DNA of 43,955 nucleotides from a virus: UHGV virus genome UHGV-0152227; one strand, 5' to 3'. Shown piece by piece: positions 40,351 to 43,955 of this stretch (position 1 is its first letter; each line of letters starts with the position of its first letter). The notes under the pieces were generated by a model. It saw only the letters and a program-made list of their open reading frames with translations, ran no database searches and was not told where the DNA came from. The position numbers and the translations under genes were made by a program.

Positions 40351-40993
40351 GAAATACACACTAATCTATGCAGATCCACCCTGGGCATACCGGGACAAAG
40401 CCACAGATGGTAATCGCGGTGCCGGTTTTAAATATCCGGTTATGAGTGTGCTGGATATCTGCCGCCTTCCTGTGTGGGATTTGGCCGGTGAAAACTGTCT
40501 GTTGGCCATGTGGTGGGTGCCAACACAACCACTCGAAGCACTAAAAGTTGTTGAAGCCTGGGGATTCCGTCTGATGACCATGAAGGGCTTCACGTGGATA
40601 AAATGTGGTAGTCGACAACCAGATAAACTGGTTATGGGGATGGGACACATGACTCGCGCCAACAGTGAAGATTGTCTGTTTGCGGTAAAGGGAAAACTAC
40701 CTCCGCGCATTAATGCAGGTATCGTTCAGTCATTTACCGCACCGCGGCTTGAGCATTCAAGAAAACCAGATGTCGTTCGTGAAAAACTTGTGCAATTGTT
40801 AGGCGATGTTTCTCGCATTGAACTGTTCGCCCGCCAGTCGTCTCATGGCTTCGATGTTTGGGGTAATCAGTGCGAAGACCCGGCAGTGCAACTACACCCA
40901 GGATACGCGTTGGATATTGCCGGATTAACAAATGCATTCAGCAATGCTCCGCTGTCACCAACAGACAACCAGGGGCGGGAACGTGCAGCATGA
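40343..40993 (+). CDS. MT-A70 family DNA N6-adenine methyltransferase (orphan)
   Basis: Catalytic DPPW motif (LIYADPPWAY) and C-terminal EHSRKPD. No adjacent endonuclease gene. Confidence 0.85.
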   Translation: MTKKYTLIYADPPWAYRDKATDGNRGAGFKYPVMSVLDICRLPVWDLAGENCLLAMWWVPTQPLEALKVVEAWGFRLMTMKGFTWIKCGSRQPDKLVMGMGHMTRANSEDCLFAVKGKLPPRINAGIVQSFTAPRLEHSRKPDVVREKLVQLLGDVSRIELFARQSSHGFDVWGNQCEDPAVQLHPGYALDIAGLTNAFSNAPLSPTDNQGRERAA

Positions 40994-41265
40994 AGCAGAT
41001 TAGCAAATTCAACTGTGTTCATATGAACATGGTTGCACACAACGGCGTCAGGTTTGAAGTCGTCATGGTTTTGACTAAGTACTGCAATGATGAGGTATTG
41101 CAGAGAAAAGAAACTGTAACTTACCGCTATAAACACCGCAGTTCAGCTGTTAGAAAATTACGGAAGATTACGGAAGAGCTAAAAAATGATCCTCATCGTG
41201 TTATTGAGGTAAAAGGCAACCCATATAAAATCAAAACTTCAGTGGAGCTAAAACATATGCAATAA
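40990..41265 (+). CDS. hypothetical protein (91 aa)
   Basis: ATGA overlap with the methylase stop. MKQISKFNCVHMNMVAHNGVRFEVV... Confidence 0.6.
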   Translation: MKQISKFNCVHMNMVAHNGVRFEVVMVLTKYCNDEVLQRKETVTYRYKHRSSAVRKLRKITEELKNDPHRVIEVKGNPYKIKTSVELKHMQ

Positions 41266-41337
41266 AATCACGCCTGACGAATCGCGATTATCTCGCTATT
41301 GGTATTGCAGAGATTGCCGGACTCAGTGCCGCATGAT

Positions 41338-41367
41338 TTGACAATGCCGCATCAAGAGGAATATCTA
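41338..41367 (+). promoter_or_regulatory. promoter with GCCGCAT box (paralogue of the 41656 promoter)
   Basis: TTGACA (41338-41343), GCCGCAT at +8 (41346-41352), and TATCTA after an 18-bp spacer. Confidence 0.45.
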
Positions 41368-41407
41368 TAGCTAGTCCATGAAATGAAAGAATGGAGTATG
41401 TAAGCAG

Positions 41408-41653
41408 ATGGCAAAAAAGAGCGGAAATCGTAAAACCAAACAAAGTATTGGTGGCGGGATGACTGCCGCAGAAGCGCACCATCGGTATGGCCGTTATGGT
41501 GACGGTAGCTCATGTGAAGAAGAGGTAAACACATACCTTAGTAACATGAGAAATAGCAAATACATAGGCAATGACAAGGTGGCGATGCCCCTATCCAGAA
41601 ACCAGCGTCGTCTTGCCAAAAAAATGGGGATAAACTTGGAAAACGAAGCCTGA
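41408..41653 (+). CDS. hypothetical basic protein (81 aa)
   Basis: An ORF with a distant GGAG. Function unknown. Confidence 0.5.
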   Translation: MAKKSGNRKTKQSIGGGMTAAEAHHRYGRYGDGSSCEEEVNTYLSNMRNSKYIGNDKVAMPLSRNQRRLAKKMGINLENEA

Positions 41654-41655
41654 AA

Positions 41656-41685
41656 TTGACAACGCCGCATTAACGGGTCTATATT
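41656..41685 (+). promoter_or_regulatory. promoter of the antirepressor-2 leader
   Basis: TTGACA (41656-41661), GCCGCAT at +8 (41664-41670), and TATATT (41680-41685) after an 18-bp spacer. Confidence 0.55.
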
Positions 41686-41723
41686 CCGCTTCATGGTGCT
41701 GAACACACCTTCGAAAGCGGAAA

Positions 41724-41751
41724 CCGCACCCGTCAGTCATGCGGCTTTTTT
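41724..41751 (+). terminator. weak terminator/attenuator in the antirepressor-2 leader
   Basis: Stem CCGCA (41724-41728) / TGCGG (41740-41744), then C and a T6 run. Confidence 0.5.
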
Positions 41752-41770
41752 ATGTCCATTTTTCAGATAT

Positions 41771-41852
41771 GGTCGGGTAGCGCGTATACCGAAAAACAGC
41801 CGCAAGGCTAAGGATGCGGGCCGAACTTTCGACGGTGTTCAAGTACCTGACC
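41771..41852 (+). ncRNA. candidate c4-like antisense RNA 2 (boundaries approximate)
   Basis: Closing stem GGTCGGG (41771-41777) / CCTGACC (41846-41852, one GU pair). Internal AGCC-GCAA-GGCT hairpin. CTTTCGA-CG-GTGTTCA (41826-41841) is complementary to TGAACAC (41860-41866) and TCGAAAG (41884-41890, overlaps the SD). Confidence 0.4.
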
Positions 41853-41901
41853 GCCCTGCTGAACACAGGGTAATCTGAACGAATCGAAAGGACATAAAAC
41901 C

Positions 41902-42621
41902 ATGGCTACTCAAATTTCTGTTGAATCTCTTTCCCCAATTACCTATAACCACATCCCCGTCATCACTACCGAACTACTGGCGCGACTTTACAGCACTGAC
42001 ACTAATAACATCAAAGTGAACCATTCGCGCAATGCCGATCGCTTTGTTTGTGGAAAACACTTTTTCAAAGTTGTTGGCGATGAGCTGAAAAATTTACGGG
42101 TTACTTTAAGTAACTCACAAAATCCAGTATCCCCCAAAACTCGCTCCCTCATCCTCTGGACAGAACGCGGAGCAGCCCGCCATGCCAAAATGCTGGAAAC
42201 CGATCAGGCGTGGGAAGTGTTCGAAAAACTGGAAGACTGCTACTTCGACAGAAAACCCGCAAATCTCAGTGGAGATGTTCGTCTCTCAGGTGGAACTGAT
42301 TTATCTAAGGCCTCTCAGGTAATTGAAAAATTCATGCCCGCCATTATGGAGGCGATCAAGCTGGAAGACAAAAAAGAATACAGTGCCCCGCTGAAGCCCG
42401 GCTACCGCAGCCTGATTCATTCGCCGTCTGGTGTTCTCGGCCTGACGGAGAACTCACTGCTGATGAATCTGCTGAACCAGTTACAGGAAGACGGGCACGA
42501 CGTATCGGGTGCGGCGGCGGAGCTGACCACCATGTTCTGCTACATCGTCGGTGTGAGCAAATGTCTGCGTGATATCCAGACCCACGCGGAGTACATCAAC
42601 GACAAGGCAGGGTTCTTCTGA
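41902..42621 (+). CDS. antirepressor 2 (ORF6N/KilA-N-type N-terminal domain + shared C-terminal domain)
   Basis: PVITTELLARLYSTDTNNIKVNHSRNADRFVCGKHFFKV is the ORF6N pattern. The last ~81 aa are identical to those of the 8476-9186 protein. Confidence 0.8.
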   Translation: MATQISVESLSPITYNHIPVITTELLARLYSTDTNNIKVNHSRNADRFVCGKHFFKVVGDELKNLRVTLSNSQNPVSPKTRSLILWTERGAARHAKMLETDQAWEVFEKLEDCYFDRKPANLSGDVRLSGGTDLSKASQVIEKFMPAIMEAIKLEDKKEYSAPLKPGYRSLIHSPSGVLGLTENSLLMNLLNQLQEDGHDVSGAAAELTTMFCYIVGVSKCLRDIQTHAEYINDKAGFF

Positions 42622-42646
42622 CAGAACAGCGGCACAGGGATGTGCC
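42378..42646 (+). repeat. direct repeat, copy 2 (3' third of antirepressor 2 plus downstream hairpin)
   Basis: Matches 8944-9210. Both copies end with the hairpin GGCACA-GGGA-TGTGCC. Confidence 0.9.
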
Positions 42647-42654
42647 GGGCAAAA

Positions 42655-43905
42655 TTATTCCCCCGCCATCCACTTCTCAAACTTCGACGGGGAGAACGGA
42701 ATCAGATCCGTATGCTCCCCGTTAATCCAGGAATCAATCATATCGGCCCACTGCTGCAACATGTAGGCGCGCTGTCTGGCGTATTCCGCTTTGTTATATA
42801 CGGCGCGCACACCTTTCTGCTCGTGTGCCAGAGCCTTTTCAATCCAGTCTGAAGGATAACCAGCCTCATGCAACAACGTACTGGCTGTACGGCGCATATC
42901 GTGTACGGTGAAGCCCTGAATATGCTCACCATCTTCATTTATTATTTTCACCGTTCTGTCGATCAGAGAGTTCAGCGCGGCATTAGATAATGGCTTCCGG
43001 AAATTGTAACGACCAGGAACCAGATATTCACTTCCACCAGCGCACATCTGCAACCCAACCAATATATCCTGTGCCTGTTTAGGCAGGTAAATAACGTGCG
43101 CCCGGCTTCCCTTCATGCGGTCTGAAGGAATTGTCCATGTCCATTTTTTAAAATCTATTTCATCCCACGTTGCATTGGTGAATTCGCCTTTACGAACCAT
43201 AGTGATAAGCACCAGCTTTAAAGCCATTTTCATAGTGCCCATAGCACCAATGGCATCCAGCGTGCGGAAGAACAGGCCAATTTCTTCTGGTGTCAGTGTT
43301 CGCTCTCGTGGTTTAAATATGGCGATAGACGAAGGTTTAATGTCAGCCGCAGGATTAAACAAACCATGACCACGGTCATTGGCGTGACGGTATACGCTGC
43401 TGATGATCTCCCTGGCCTGTACTGCTGTTGCCCGACCACCGCGTTCGACAATCCGGTCACACAAATCACGAACCATCGATGTGGTAATTTCAGCCATCAT
43501 TTTGTTGCCAAGAACCGGAAGTATGTCACGGTCGATCACCGCCTGCTTCATTGCGCGGGTACTGTCAGCCAGGATAACGTGTTTCATATAACTGTCGGTA
43601 TGTACCGCAAACGTCTCGGCACCACGAATATTTTTGATACCGTCACGTTTAGCCGCAGCCGGTGACTGGCCTGCTTTAAGCAGCTTCTTTGCAGCAATCA
43701 GTTCTTCCCGCGCTTCTGCCAGGCTGATACCGTCACGCCCATACTGCCCGATTACCAGTGTTTCTCGGCGACCGTTGATACGGTAGTCATAGCGAAACGA
43801 GACCGTGCCTGACGTAAGCACAGCTACATACAGCCCGTCACGATCGGAGACCTTGTACAGTTTGTCCTGCGGCTTGAGGTTTTTTAATTTTGTATCGGTA
43901 AGCAC
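42655..43905 (-). CDS. int: tyrosine integrase, P4/IntS type
   Basis: N-terminal DUF4102-like LTDTKLKNLKP..KLYKVSDRDGLYV and the catalytic region HDMRRTASTLL...ALAHEQKGVRAVYNKAEY. It lies at the prophage edge. Confidence 0.92.
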   Translation of the reverse strand: MLTDTKLKNLKPQDKLYKVSDRDGLYVAVLTSGTVSFRYDYRINGRRETLVIGQYGRDGISLAEAREELIAAKKLLKAGQSPAAAKRDGIKNIRGAETFAVHTDSYMKHVILADSTRAMKQAVIDRDILPVLGNKMMAEITTSMVRDLCDRIVERGGRATAVQAREIISSVYRHANDRGHGLFNPAADIKPSSIAIFKPRERTLTPEEIGLFFRTLDAIGAMGTMKMALKLVLITMVRKGEFTNATWDEIDFKKWTWTIPSDRMKGSRAHVIYLPKQAQDILVGLQMCAGGSEYLVPGRYNFRKPLSNAALNSLIDRTVKIINEDGEHIQGFTVHDMRRTASTLLHEAGYPSDWIEKALAHEQKGVRAVYNKAEYARQRAYMLQQWADMIDSWINGEHTDLIPFSPSKFEKWMAGE

Positions 43906-43955
43906 AATTCACCCGTATAGAAACCATTTTCATGACGGTATGAGAGTATACCTTT

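Larger units (their letters stand above)
1891..43955. mobile_element. epsilon15/phiV10-like temperate podovirus prophage (right end and attR beyond the window)
   Basis: A continuous set of phage modules: lysis, tailspike, T7-like tail tube A/B, HK97-fold capsid, portal, terminase, replication O/P, repressor/cro, recET and a P4-type integrase at the right edge. The left boundary is set by the guaA remnant. Confidence 0.9.

Noticed and set aside
41693-41878. 61-aa plus-strand ORF in the antirepressor-2 leader
   Set aside because: It spans the leader terminator and the complementary box region and has no RBS. An RNA-level function is better supported.
43906-43955. Search for attR or a tRNA gene next to the integrase
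   Set aside because: Only 50 nt remain after the int start. No repeat of the 1876-1919 attL sequence and no tRNA fragment is visible, so attR must lie beyond the window.

Overview
Bases 1-1860 are E. coli-type chromosome (yfgG, yfgH, yfgI and the yfgI terminator). The rest, from about 1891 to past 43955, is one nearly complete temperate podovirus prophage of about 42 kb. By gene content it is epsilon15/phiV10-like. It sits at the 3' end of guaA: an orphan copy of the last 15 nt of guaA (IEWE-stop) lies at 1876-1890, while the guaA body and attR lie beyond the window. Module order is: attL; lysis cassette (-); AT-rich acetyltransferase moron (+); tailspike (-); accessory and immI-like region (+) with a mini Ant-domain gene, antirepressor 1, a YafO-like toxin pair and secreted-protein genes; late operon (-) for ejection, tail, head and packaging, interrupted by an antiparallel tRNA-Arg(UCU)/gp49 moron; early-left replication and Ea22-like genes (-); a cro-like/repressor switch; early-right recE-like/recT/xis/methylase genes (+); antirepressor 2 (+); P4-type integrase (-). 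Main observations: (1) a 15-bp dyad, TTACC-N5-GGTAA, occurs 9 times perfectly and 5 times nearly, always between genes and overlapping promoters, which looks like a phage-wide operator regulon. (2) Both antirepressor genes are preceded by a box / anti-box / box arrangement like the P1 c4 antisense-RNA system, each with its own specificity sequence. (3) An (ACAGCAGC)n octanucleotide tract sits inside the 3' end of the acetyltransferase gene and could act as a slippage switch. (4) Three proteins share one C-terminal domain. Two carry it on a 97 percent identical 267-bp direct repeat 33 kb apart, and one is a stand-alone domain. (5) A YafO-like toxin pair is under operator control. (6) The 12-bp palindrome GTGACATGTCAC occurs three times, each time beside a gene end and near a terminator hairpin. 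All calls come from reading the sequence and from remembered family signatures. No database search was run.
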